Of a stretch of 64,000 nucleotides of DNA, positions 39,480-50,543 are shown piece by piece. The DNA comes from Psammoneis japonica (Eukaryota): contig QPGO01000041.1 of the NCBI GenBank assembly GCA_008632985.1, positions 124,001 through 188,000 on the forward strand, read 5' to 3'. The translations under genes and the position numbers were made by a program. Within the stretch, counting starts at the first letter, position 1. Every line of letters begins with the position of its first letter. The notes beneath the pieces were generated by a model. That model did not search any database, was not told the DNA's origin, and saw nothing but the letters and a program-made list of their open reading frames with translations.

Positions 39480-41150
39480 CACATGTGGTGATGTAAAAAT
39501 GCAGAAGGAGTGGCGCGGCAGTCTCTTTCGTGCAAGGTGGGTTGTTTGAGTCGAAGTTGAAGCAGACATCAGACACCAGGAGGTGCAAGAGTGATGGGAT
39601 GGTGCAGGTGTGGTGTGGGGAGCTTTTAGTTTGGGTGTCGCAGAGGCGTGATGAAAGGCCGTCAAGGTTGGTGCGGAAGTTGGAAGCTTTCTGTTCCAGG
39701 CATGGGCGGGTGAAGGCTGGGCTGCCAATGGGTTGGCCGAGAAAGCAGTGTCCGGTGGTGATTTTGGGGTGCAAAGTGGGGTCGTTTGTGGGGTTGAGGA
39801 AGGTGAGGGCTTGGTGAAGGGCATCGGCGCTTGCCGGAGGCAGGTTTGGCACAGGGCTGGTGCCAGATGTAGAGGTGAGCATGTGTGTTTTGGAGCAGTT
39901 GAGGTGCACGCCGTGTTGCGGTCCAAGCTCCTTGAGGCATTGAAGGAACCATGGGAGTTTGGTGCAGGGGAGCCACATGCTGGTGTCACTGATGAGGGAG
40001 GCAGTGGATGTGATGTTGGATGAGGGGAGGCATTGGCAAAGTTTGGTGTTTAGTTGCTTGAGTGCGACACTGAGGATGAGGGCAGAGAATGGAGGAGCCA
40101 GTGGGCAGCCTTGGGAGAAGCCCTTGGGTTGTGGGAACGATTTCCAATTGCCGTCAGCATTGCAGTGCCAACAGGCATTTGGCGTGTTGCAGCAGAGGTC
40201 AAAGATGGAGACAAGGTGTCTGAAGGCGGGGTTGCCATCAAGGAGCTGCCGACAAGTGTCGCGCAAGCACTCATTGAAGAAGTTGAAGAGGTTGAGTGCA
40301 AGGAAGGCATGGGTTGGTGTTGGGACATTGAGACAGTGCTCAACATTAGCATGAGTGGCGTGGATGAAGCAGTCAAGGCCGCCTTTGATGCCTGTTCCAA
40401 ATTGACCATCCGGGAGGAGGCAATCTGTGAGAGTGGGCACGTTGACGGTCATGGTGAATGCACTGGCAATGCAACAGATTGCAGGGCCGCAGCCAACAGG
40501 GCGCAGTTTGTTGAGGTTGGTGGGGTCTTTGTGCAGTGCGATGAAGTGGTTTGCAGCGATGTGGGGTTGGATGGTGGTGGGGACAGAGTTGGTTTGGAGG
40601 AGCATCATTGCTTCTTTGAAAGTGGCAAGATGTGGCCGAAGTTGCATCTTGGTGGGGGAGCTTGTTTTGAAAAGAGCGCAGCCTTTGAGGAGGTCAGTGG
40701 AGTCAGAGCAAGGGCCAGTGGCAGTGCCTGGTTTGCACTTGCTAAGGGCGGCAAGGAGTTGGTTGTCGGAGACGGGTGGTGGCAATGGTGGGGGCAGAGT
40801 GGGTTGTGTGTTTGAGACGCGGATGTCGGTGGTGGGCATGGGGTGCATGGTGGACATGGTGCATGGATGAGGGGGAGGCATGCAGCATTGGTGGTGGCAA
40901 CTGGGAGATCAGAGGTGACACGATGGCATGCAGTGCCGATGTTGTCAGCATCGGCAGACACTTGGGCCACATGGCAGCAGGTGGAGGTGGAGAAGTCGGG
41001 TGCATGAGTGTGTTGTGCACGCATTGATCCCAGCATGTCGGAGTTGTGCAGGAAGCACACTGTCGCAGTGGAGTGGGGTCTGCCGCATGGAAGTGGGAAG
41101 GATTTTGGTGGAAACGTGCGGTCCATGTAGAGTCTGATGCATCATGTTGA
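39480..41150 (-). mobile_element. Decayed non-LTR retrotransposon, reverse transcriptase fragment (CRE-like)
   Basis: IALHK..KLRPVGCG, QFGTGIKGG, ALNLFNFFN, GFSQGCPLAP, degenerate YxDD (LISD), GVHLNCSKT, FLGQPIG. Confidence 0.85.
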
Positions 41151-41538
41151 TGTCCATCCTTCCATCAGAGAAACTGACAGTCTGACATGAACGGTTCGAA
41201 AGAGAGCTCCTCATTCTTTGTGTTTGTCTGAGAGGGACGAAGAATCAAGGAGCAAGGAGGCAATTTCAGGAGCATTGCCATGGAATGGTTTGTTGCATGT
41301 CTCATGTGTCGCGTGAATGACACATGCAACAAACACTGTTGTCGACCAGCTTGAGAGAGTGCAAGGGGATGAGAGCCACCAAAGCAGCAGCAGCCACTCA
41401 GAAGTGCCGGCACAATGAACCCACACTGGCTGTGTCCAGTGCACAAGCCACCAGGGATGCTGCTGCTCCTGTTGCTTCAAACCAGAGTGCCGACAACAAT
41501 GTTGCAGTGCACCAAGAGCCACAAAAACAAGAAGAGAG

Positions 41539-41811
41539 TCAAAGATCAAAGAGATGCCACCACTGAGGAGCAAACAAGTGCAGTGTTGAAAACAGCAACT
41601 CATGTGGCAGGCAGAGGGCAGAGGAATGCAAAAGGCATCAGGGGGACAAACACCCATGATGCAAATCCAACATCTGTTTTAGAGCCAGTTGTGTCCACTG
41701 GGCAAAGGTTGCAACAACTGCTGGCCAAGCATGCAGAAAACATTGCCTCCTTGGCTCAGCTGCTCTGCTTGACTGTGCCTCCTTTTGAGTGACTCTCCCA
41801 TGGTCAAGACT
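41539..41811 (+). repeat. Dispersed repeat fragment, homologous to 28360-28632
   Basis: Direct sequence similarity; this copy has lost more CG. Confidence 0.85.
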
Positions 41812-41819
41812 CATGTTTT

Positions 41820-42060
41820 GCATGGCAGTGCTTGGCAAAATTGAAGTGATGGCTCTTGGGGCAATGTTGGGAACACCGCCAGGTGCCAAAGATGGAGCGT
41901 CACTTGGGTCATCTGATGGCAAAACAGAAGGTTGAATTGAAGGTAAGTTGCTTGATTGAGATGGCATGTTGCAGGCTGCAGGCTTGGAGCATTGGAGGGA
42001 GCAGTGCTGGGTGCTGCACTTGGCAATCTCAAAGGCAAGTCACTGGGCATCTGGTGCAAT
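41820..42060 (-). pseudogene. Decayed PSxxPS mucin-like coding fragment
   Basis: MPSDLPLRLPSAAPSTAPSNAPSLQP and PSIQPSVLPSDDPSDAPSLAP in two frames. Confidence 0.5.
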
Positions 42061-43274
42061 GGAGTGGTGCTTTATGAAGGCAAAGGAAAGGCACTCGGTG
42101 TGATGCTGAGAATGCCGCTGGGCACTCAATGTCTCTTGGTGTCTCTTGGTGGAGGCCAGAGCAAAATGGCGTGTGATGTGGCAACAAGCAACAGATGCTT
42201 GGAAGTGGTCAATTTCAAACCAGCAAAAAAGTCTTGTTTCCAAAGACCATGCAGAGCAGCAGCAGACAGAATTGCACTGTTCAACATGATTGCTTGACAG
42301 ACAATTGCCCACGAGTCTTTGCCACAGGAGAATGCACAGTGTGCACTGCACTGACTCAAAAAGTTGAGTGCATTGCAACAAGCCATGTGCACTGGTGCAA
42401 AAATCACGCAGAATTTTCATGCAAAAAAATCACAAAAATCAGGGTCTGCTGTGCTTCTCGGCTCCACCGATGCCTCAAGGAATTGTTTTCACCTGAAACC
42501 ATTGACACCTCACATGATGGCTTTTGCACAAGCAACACGATTCTGTGTGTGAAGACTTCAAAACCCCATTTTTAGAAATTTGATCAACTCTTCGCTGCAG
42601 CCCCACTGTGGCAAACATTTTGTTCCAATTGTGGAATTTTGCCAAACTGTGGACATTGTCATGTTTGTCATCAAAAAGCAGGCACACAAAGTGTCAACTG
42701 TCATGACTGAAATCAATTCCTTGAGGTCACAGCCCATTTTTTGCAAAGCATGGGAAAAGCTTGATGAACAAGATGTGCTGCATGAATTTCCTGTGTGAGT
42801 TTTGTGCCATGAATTGGCCCAAACCCTTCTTTTTTGAACTCATGACCCCTGCACATGGCTTGTCAAAAGTTGAGCACATTGCATTTGCATTGGGTGTCAA
42901 CTTCTTCCATCTCTGAAGATTGCCTGTGCCTGGTCCATCCCAGCTCTTGCCATCCATGCCATTGAGCAAGTGCAGGTGTGGCACCAAGGTCAACACAAGC
43001 ACCAACTTGGAACTTGCATGAGACGTGTGGCTTGCTTTGGGTTGTGGGCTGGTTCTGTGCACAAGCCTGCAACACACATGTGCAGTGTTAAGAGCTGCTT
43101 CTTTTCACTGACCATGAAGGAGTTAATTTGATCTCATTGTCTCTGACAACCTTGTCAACTGTGCCTTTCTTGCAACTGCTTGATGTCACGGCCACATTTT
43201 CATGTTTGGCGTCTTTTTTGATTTTTCATGCACATGGCATGCTGTCACCCATTTTGACCTGTGAAACAATTGCA

Positions 43275-44590
43275 CCATGCAGACAGGCTGCCACTGCACG
43301 ATGATGACACAATCAATGAAAATGCGGGTTGTTTGCCATTTGGCACACAGCAACAAGTGCATTGTTCATGATGAGCTGAGTGCATCTCCTTCTCTGTCTC
43401 CTTTCTTGCTTTGCCGGCACCTGCCATGCAACTCAATGTGTGCCCATGCAACTGGAAAATTGCGGTGCTCTGAGATGCTCTCGCAAAACAAAATCACATT
43501 CCTGCTTTGTGCCAGCAGGCACACAATGGCAACCAGCAACAACTTCCACTTCTCCATTGACCTGCTGGTCCATGCAAACCATTTGGGGTGGTGCAAGCCG
43601 TGGCAGAGCAAGGGCCGTTGTTGGGCAACCAGCAACAATCATCAGTTTCATGCAAGGATCCATTGCATTTCTCAAACTTTCTGTCTTGGCCCAAGGTTGT
43701 GGCTTTGTCACATCATCCCCAATGGCAGAACTCATTGCACGATGGTTGGGCATCATTGCACTGCAAATGTCCACTTGGCTTTTGCAGCTTTTTTCTCAAG
43801 GCTGACAAGACTGCAGCTGTTGGTGTTGCATCACAGCTTGGTTTTGTTGCAGAAATCCTTTGCAGCATCATCACCAAGGAGCACAAGATGATGGGATTTG
43901 CACTGGGGCTGCATCCTTTTGCAGTGCTTGCTGGTTGGCTGCTTCAATCTGTTTGCTGCAAACGTTCACACAGATCTCATCAACAAGATTCTCTTTCTGG
44001 TTGGTTGTTGTTGAATGGATTTCTGTTTGCTTTGTTGCCATTGTGAGTTCTCCAGAATGGCTGGGGTGTGAAGGATGTGACAGCAAAAGTTGTTGGAATG
44101 ACTGGTGGTTTTGGACATTGGTTCATTGCCCATGTTGTCCATGTGACTTGTTTGGTTTGGAAGAGTGCTTCAGCTGCAGAGGAGGGTGCAGCTGTCAAAG
44201 CATTGACCTGGAGTCATTTGTTCATCCTTTTGATCCATTTCCCACCCTTGCCTGGCAAATCCCTTGGTGTGGACAAAGGAAAACAGTTGACCCTTTTGCT
44301 TGCCAAGCCACAACATTGGCTGGTCTTGTTTGTCTTTGAAAGATGTGATGACACAACAAAAGCCATCACAATGACACATGGTGTGCACAGACCCTCCTTG
44401 GCAATGGCAACGTGCATTTTAGACATGCTCTCCAGCCGTGCACTTGTCTCATGTCACCCAAGGTAACACTCTGGTGCACCAAGTCTGTCAAGTCTCATTC
44501 AAGAGACATCTGAGAGAAAGAGCCCCCTGTGAGATTTGGGGCATGCTGAACTGCAACATGTCAAGCTTGGCGTGTGGCATCTTCAGAACA
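43275..44590 (+). pseudogene. Hypermutated duplicate of the 32.6-34.0 kb membrane-protein locus
   Basis: Colinear with about 32625-33958, including flanks. Differences are dominated by TA->CA/TG and CG->TG/CA. Confidence 0.92.
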
Positions 44591-45417
44591 ACAGGTCCAA
44601 AACAGCCACATTTTGAGCCCACCCAGTTTTCCAAGCACCAGCAGACAGTCTGATCTGGTGGCACTGACCAGCCACAACTGCCAAGAAACCATGTCAGGAT
44701 CAGAAACACTGGCAATCAGAGCTCAGTGTCTCAAATCTTGTTGCATCTCCAGGCCAAATGATTTGTGGCAATTGGGCACTTCATCGCATTGCTTCAGCTC
44801 TTTCTCTCAATGGCACCCAAGAGCTTGTTGCCAAGCTTGGCATTGGACAGGTTGTTGCAGCAATGGTCATGGCAGTGGCCAAACAGTGACACAAATTTTG
44901 GCACATCAGCAACATGTCAAAAAGAGCAGCATCTGACTGCAGTTGCTTGCAAAACATTGCTCATCAGAGGCTGCAACACAGTGTTGTTCACTTTCCTTTG
45001 GAAAATTTGGAACATTTATTTTGACAATTGTGTGCAAAAATTAGTGACAGTTCATTTGTTTTTTGATGATCAATTTGCATTTGTTGTTGCCGTTTTGTGT
45101 TGGCAATTGTTGCCGTTTTATTTTGCTTTTAAGTTGCCAAAGAATTTCAACAAGCCCTTTGTTGTTGAATGATGCTTTTTGTTTTGATTGATTTTTCACA
45201 CATTTGTGGAATTGTCAACTTTGACAGTGCTTTTCAATGGCTTCACCGCAGCCTTGCGTCACCACAGACAATGGCATTTCTCCCTCGCCCCAGTCGGCCA
45301 CGCAATTGCCCAGAGGAACACTGTCTCATTGTTTCCACCTGCACGCTCCAGTTGTCCAGTCAATGGGCCCCCACCTGCATTTTGGTGCCTTTTCTGCATG
45401 CGCAGTTCTCCACCCAT

Positions 45418-45476
45418 TTCACAACAGCACACCCTCTCCCCAAAATGCTTTTGACGAGAGGGTGTGCTGTTGTGAA
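45418..45476. other. Perfect 21-bp-arm inverted repeat (hairpin) 40 bp upstream of an ATG
   Basis: ttcacaacagcacaccctctc (45418-45438) and gagagggtgtgctgttgtgaa (45456-45476), with inner caaaa/ttttg pairing. Confidence 0.9.
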
Positions 45477-45516
45477 TCCTGTGCATTCTACGTGAATCGG
45501 CAACTGACTGTTGGCC

Positions 45517-46956
45517 ATGGCGTCTGACAACTTTACCCCGTCTGACGACGAGGTCGACCCTGACCCTTCTTTCCAAATTGCTGAGGACTTGAATTTTGAT
45601 GAAATGGAACATTTCACCAATGGTTTCGGATTCGAATTGTTCCAACCCAAGCTCAAAAGCACAACTGCAACGCGTGCCTCGAAAAAGAAGTTTTTGGAGT
45701 CGACGAATTGGACCCCCTCTCCAGAATTCCTCGCTCTTCCCTTCCTTTGTCACAAGCCGAAGTTGCGCCGTGTTCCTCATGTTGCCGAAGTTGTCCGCAC
45801 CAATGACATTGCAAGGAAAACCCTTGGCTGTCCCGACATTTGGTCCTGCATCATGACTCGTGGTTGGTCCATCAAGAAATCCCACCGTGCGAAAGGCGAA
45901 TGTGTCCTGCGATGTAAAAATCTCGAGGAGGCTCTGCATTTCTCCAAAACATCCGGAGAGACAGAAAAAGAACAGCACAACCGTGTGCTTCTTCACCGCA
46001 ACATCCAGGCGATGGCAGAATTTGTTCACACGATCATTGCCGGAGACGACCCAAATGATCCTTTATCCGGTGAGCCTTGTTTCCGATTTTTGCGGTGCAA
46101 AAGTCTCCAAAGTTTGATCAACGATCGAGCCCAAGACCTCCACAGTGCCCATTTTGTCACTGACATCATCATGCGTTACGTTCAGTGCAAGCCCAAGGAC
46201 ATGGACTGTTGGTTCTTGAAGATTTTCCGTCACGTCAAAACCCAAAAGGAATGGTGCCTCTTTGTTGACAGCTTTCTGGTCATGTGCGACACTGATGATC
46301 CTGGTGCCCAGGCGGATGAGATCAAGGGGTTCCTTGACGACTCAACCGGCAACACAAAGAACACAGTGATGATGCAAGGCAATTCCCTTGCACGCCGTGA
46401 GGCTCACGAAGAAAAAATCAACTCCATGTTGAATCACGAATTTGGGAAGCGTTGTCCCAAGGAGCAAATTGGCATCCGACCTGGGCACAGCAAGCAGCTC
46501 ACAATGCTCCGTTGCAGAATGCGTGATCAGAGGGCCGACCACTTGGAAGACGACAACAAACGAATCTACAACTCCAAAACCAAACGCAAAATCAGGAGGA
46601 CCCGCAAGGATGGCACCTGTTTGTACGATGGTGAGAACCCCCCCCCCACCTCTTGCCTTCTGCCTTTCCGCCTGCATCTGTCATCTCAATGTCTCTTCTC
46701 ACACCCCATGGTTGTTCACGACCCACCAGAGCCTTCCTTGACCGTTCCCAACAAGAAGGCCAAGCCTGCATCTCGCAACAAACAAGCCCCTCCATCGCTT
46801 TCTGGCAATGTTCCGTCGTCTGGGGAGGCGCACCGGACTCTCACCGCCGACCTTCCGTCACTCTCAGAAATTGTGGAAAACCCAAAACCCACTTCTACCT
46901 CCATCCAAAGGTCCTTCGTCCAAACCTCATTCCTCTCCTCCTTCTGTTTCAGCTGA
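45517..46956 (+). pseudogene. Transposon cargo ORF A, unknown function; possibly the N-terminal part of the next ORF
   Basis: Long protein-like ORF (MASDNFTPSDDEVDP...), Tyr-poor and Cys/His-rich; overlaps ORF B by a frameshift or intron. Confidence 0.6.
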
Positions 46957-49500
46957 TCCTCCCGCAGTTACGTCTCCTCCCAGTGACCCCAAGGACATGT
47001 CGTGGCTGGACCTGTCCACACTCCGTGATCGCTTTGACCCATCCAAGTGTCAACCCGTCACCACCGAGGAAGTTTCTTCTCATTTGTCACACCTGCACAT
47101 CATTGACAAAGCCACCGACACTGATCGGGTGCTTCATCATTCTGCCGCCGACTTTCACCTGGCGGATGACTTGCGGGAAAACTGGCACATGTTCTCAAAC
47201 AATGCGCCATTGTGTGATTCCACCACCGCATCTCGTGTTCGAACCGAGCACCCTCCTGACCTCGATCACTTCTCCGAGGAACTCTCCGTTGCCCGTCAGG
47301 CTAACTCTCTGTACAAGGGGCACTTCGGGTGCCTTCGTGTGTGCATTCCCACCCTTCTTCCATTTATTTTGTTGAAGGGAGAGTCTGATTTGACACGTGA
47401 CGGACCGGTTGCAGTTCAAAACGGCGAAGCACGCAGGACAAAGTTCGGTTGTGCTGGGAGAGCGCATCACCCCAAGATGCCTGGTTCTGCCAAACTGGCC
47501 AAACCAAAGGCCACTTACGGACTTGATGTCTTTGAGTCCGATGACAACTTTGACGCCAACGAGACCTCCAAAATCAAGGCGATGGCAGCCGACATCCTTG
47601 ACTCGATTCAGCTTTGCGAAAATGAGGTAGAGCTGAAAAAACTGAGCAATCCACCACCATTTAACTGGTCACTTCGGTGCGAGGAATGCTCGCAAAAGTT
47701 GGGCAACGAAATGGGCTGTCTCTTCTTCAAACGTGAGGACGTCACCATGCAGGGATTGTGCATTTCCCGGGGTCAAGTCTGTGATGGTCACTGTGACAAT
47801 AAAAACTGCACCTGGCGTCAACATGGGAAGACAGCTGCCGGTTGCTTCTTTGTTGTGGATGCCTTTGGTGACATCTGGTCCTTCAAGGTTGTTGCCAACA
47901 GCAGAAGGACCATTGGTGAACACTGCGACGACCAGTGCGACATGAAGCCCATGCTTGCTCACACGCACCACAATCGAGCTCAGCTTGATTTTGCACTTAA
48001 AGACTTGGACTTGCAGCACGATGGTCCCACCCACCCCGATGTGTCGCTTTCCAGCATTACATTCAAGCATCTTTCCCTTGATGACAACAGGCCGCGGGAC
48101 AATGTTCTCATTGGTGGAGGTGGCGACTCTTCACATGTCGAGGTGTGCATGGATCGACTCAAGTTCCTGACTTTCCCAGTCAGGGACTTCCACTTGTCTG
48201 CCCCAGTCACAGTGATCTGCCGTTTCAAGAACATTGTGTGCCGATCGGGTCCCGACCCAAAACGAGTCATTCGTTTGGCGATCCATGCTGGTTGTCCCAC
48301 CGGATGTCACCGATTTTACTGCGTGGGGGACAAGCATCTTCCTGGCCTTTGTTGCAAAGGTGCTGACCCGTTTGTCAACTTTGCCAATTGCTTGCAGAAC
48401 ACATTTGGGGTGCCATGCGGTGACCCACAGGTGGGTGGGATCAGCCCTGCCAATTTGACATGCGAGAAATTTTGCGATGCATTTCTAGACCCTTGTTGCG
48501 TCGGAACCGCGAATGACCTAATTGACGCAATGGTGGAAGAAATCCATGCTGCACTTCTCTGGATGAACAACAACGTCGACACCAATGAGTTCTGTCCCAA
48601 CTTAATGGAACAATGGTGCAAGGCAGCGTGTGATGCTTGGGCAGACCGGGGAGCAGATTTCAGTGAGATTCGTCTCATGTTGGTGCTGCAATGTCTGGTG
48701 CTGGCAGGTGTCGCAGTGAAAGACCATCCAAGACTCAACGACATCATCTGTCCTGTCTTCAATTCGGGAGCTGCCGCACAACTGGGGCATGTTCAACCGG
48801 AAGAAAGGCCGCTCATGCACCAAAGGACATCATCCAAAACAGGAGCCGAAGAGCACAGTTGGAACGGAACCGAGCACAAACTTTGTGAGAATTCAGACAA
48901 TCGCTGCACCTGCATTTTTGATTGTGTTTTCCGAGGACCCTGTTCAGGACAAGACCTGTTTACCTTCTCTCCCTCTGGGCAGCGTCTCCGCAAGCCATGT
49001 GGGTCAACCGAGCATGAAATTTGGAGTGTGTTGACGACGACCCCAACCTTTGCCAATCACAAGACAACACTGAATCGCGCACATTTGTGTGTGAATCAGC
49101 CGTGCAATCAGACGGCACCAGTGTTTTCTCTGCTGTTGATGGACTGCCCACGGACAACAAACTCAGCTCATTGTCTTCGGAGGATTGTCGATTTGACGCG
49201 GAGAAAGAACCAAGTTCATTGGATTCGGAGGAGTCTCGACTCGCCGCAGACAATGAACTCAGCTCATTGTCTTTGGAGGAGTCTGTGTTGTCGGAGGACT
49301 GCTCGTGTCCTGATTCTGACTGCCGCGCTCCAATTGTCACGGTAGATTCTGTCATCCTTCAGTCGCAGGATCAAGAATCCGATGAAGATGACACAAGCAA
49401 CGCAACCACGTACGATCGACCCGAGCCACCGGTCCTTTTACAAGCACAAGATTTTGACATGGACAAACATGTGAACACTGTTTTTGAGCAAGTCTGTCAA
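46950..49500 (+). pseudogene. Transposon cargo ORF B: candidate TET/JBP-like dioxygenase + HhH/aGPT-PPlase-like domain with acidic tail
   Basis: HCDNKN (HxDxxN) at 47789, then WSFKVVANSRR at about 47876. GADFSEIRLMLVLQCLVLAG at about 48650 and NGTEHKLCE at about 48863. Motif-level resemblance only. Confidence 0.45.
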
Positions 49501-49639
49501 CAGCCAAAGAACTGCTGCAATTGTTTGGTGCCATGTTTTTCACAAATCTTGGTCCGCAACATGACTCCTCCTGTGCTTTTGTTTCACATTGTCATGTCAT
49601 CCCCAGACAAGACGGAAAGGCAAATGTCCTGTGGCTTTG

Positions 49640-50507
49640 CATGACGAGGCCCGTCATGGCCGGAAACCTGACATTAGATGAGACATGTTCGGACCGTGGC
49701 GTGGAGGCCATCCGATCCACTCAGCAAAGAAGAGATGAGGCAAGGTGTCAAGTCGTTCAGGATCTCCATACGAACTCAAATGTTTGTGCATGCCTGCAGG
49801 ATGGTGGCCCCGCTTGTCACTTGAATTGCAACATGTCCGCCAAGAATTTTGCCCAAAGGGTCAAGACGCGGTTTGGAACAGTGATTGATTTTAAGAAAAG
49901 TGGCTTCACTCAGATCTGCATGGACTGCTGCTGGATGCAAAAAGGGGAGTGGCTGCAGTTGACACTCGGAAATGGCTTCTTTGGCGAAAACCCAAGGGAT
50001 GTGATGGAAACGTTGTTTCATCCAAAGCTCCAGAGGTGCCGCATCATAATCCCGTGCACCATTTGGTCACCAACCCAAACCGCGTGCAATTTGGGTGACA
50101 TTTTGGAATGCGCACTGGCGCAGGCCATGACACAGGACATGGCATGTGAAACAGTGACGCTCTGCCAGGCTTCCCAGGAGATCATGGAGGAGTGCCGTGT
50201 GGATTGGCTGGGAAAACCATCTGACCAGGAAGCATCACATTTGGGAGTCACGGAACAGGAAATTCGGGAAACGCTGCCACATGAAGAAGCTAATTCAGTC
50301 CCAGAGTTCCTGCGAGAGTGTGGAAATTACAACCCGAAGGAACCATTCCTGTTCCTGTCCTTCGAGAGGAGAATTCCCGATTTTGGGGATGAGTTAAGGA
50401 AATGGCCTGGGAGTTGTTTGCTGTGCTGGTTCCCAGTTGGATTTGTGAGTGGATTGTCAAAGTGGGTGAGTGAACGTTGTCTCTGTTGTCCTTGTCGTCC
50501 CAATTGA
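49640..50507 (+). pseudogene. Transposon cargo ORF C, unknown function
   Basis: Protein-like frame within ORF 49521..50507, converging on the transposase 3' end. Confidence 0.4.
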
Positions 50508-50543
50508 GTTTTCTGCTGCTGTTGTCGGATGCTCACATGCTTT

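Noticed and set aside
42300..43250. Decayed minus-strand coding fragment (MDGKSWDGPGTG)
   Set aside because: Protein-like but no family recognised; too broken to call.
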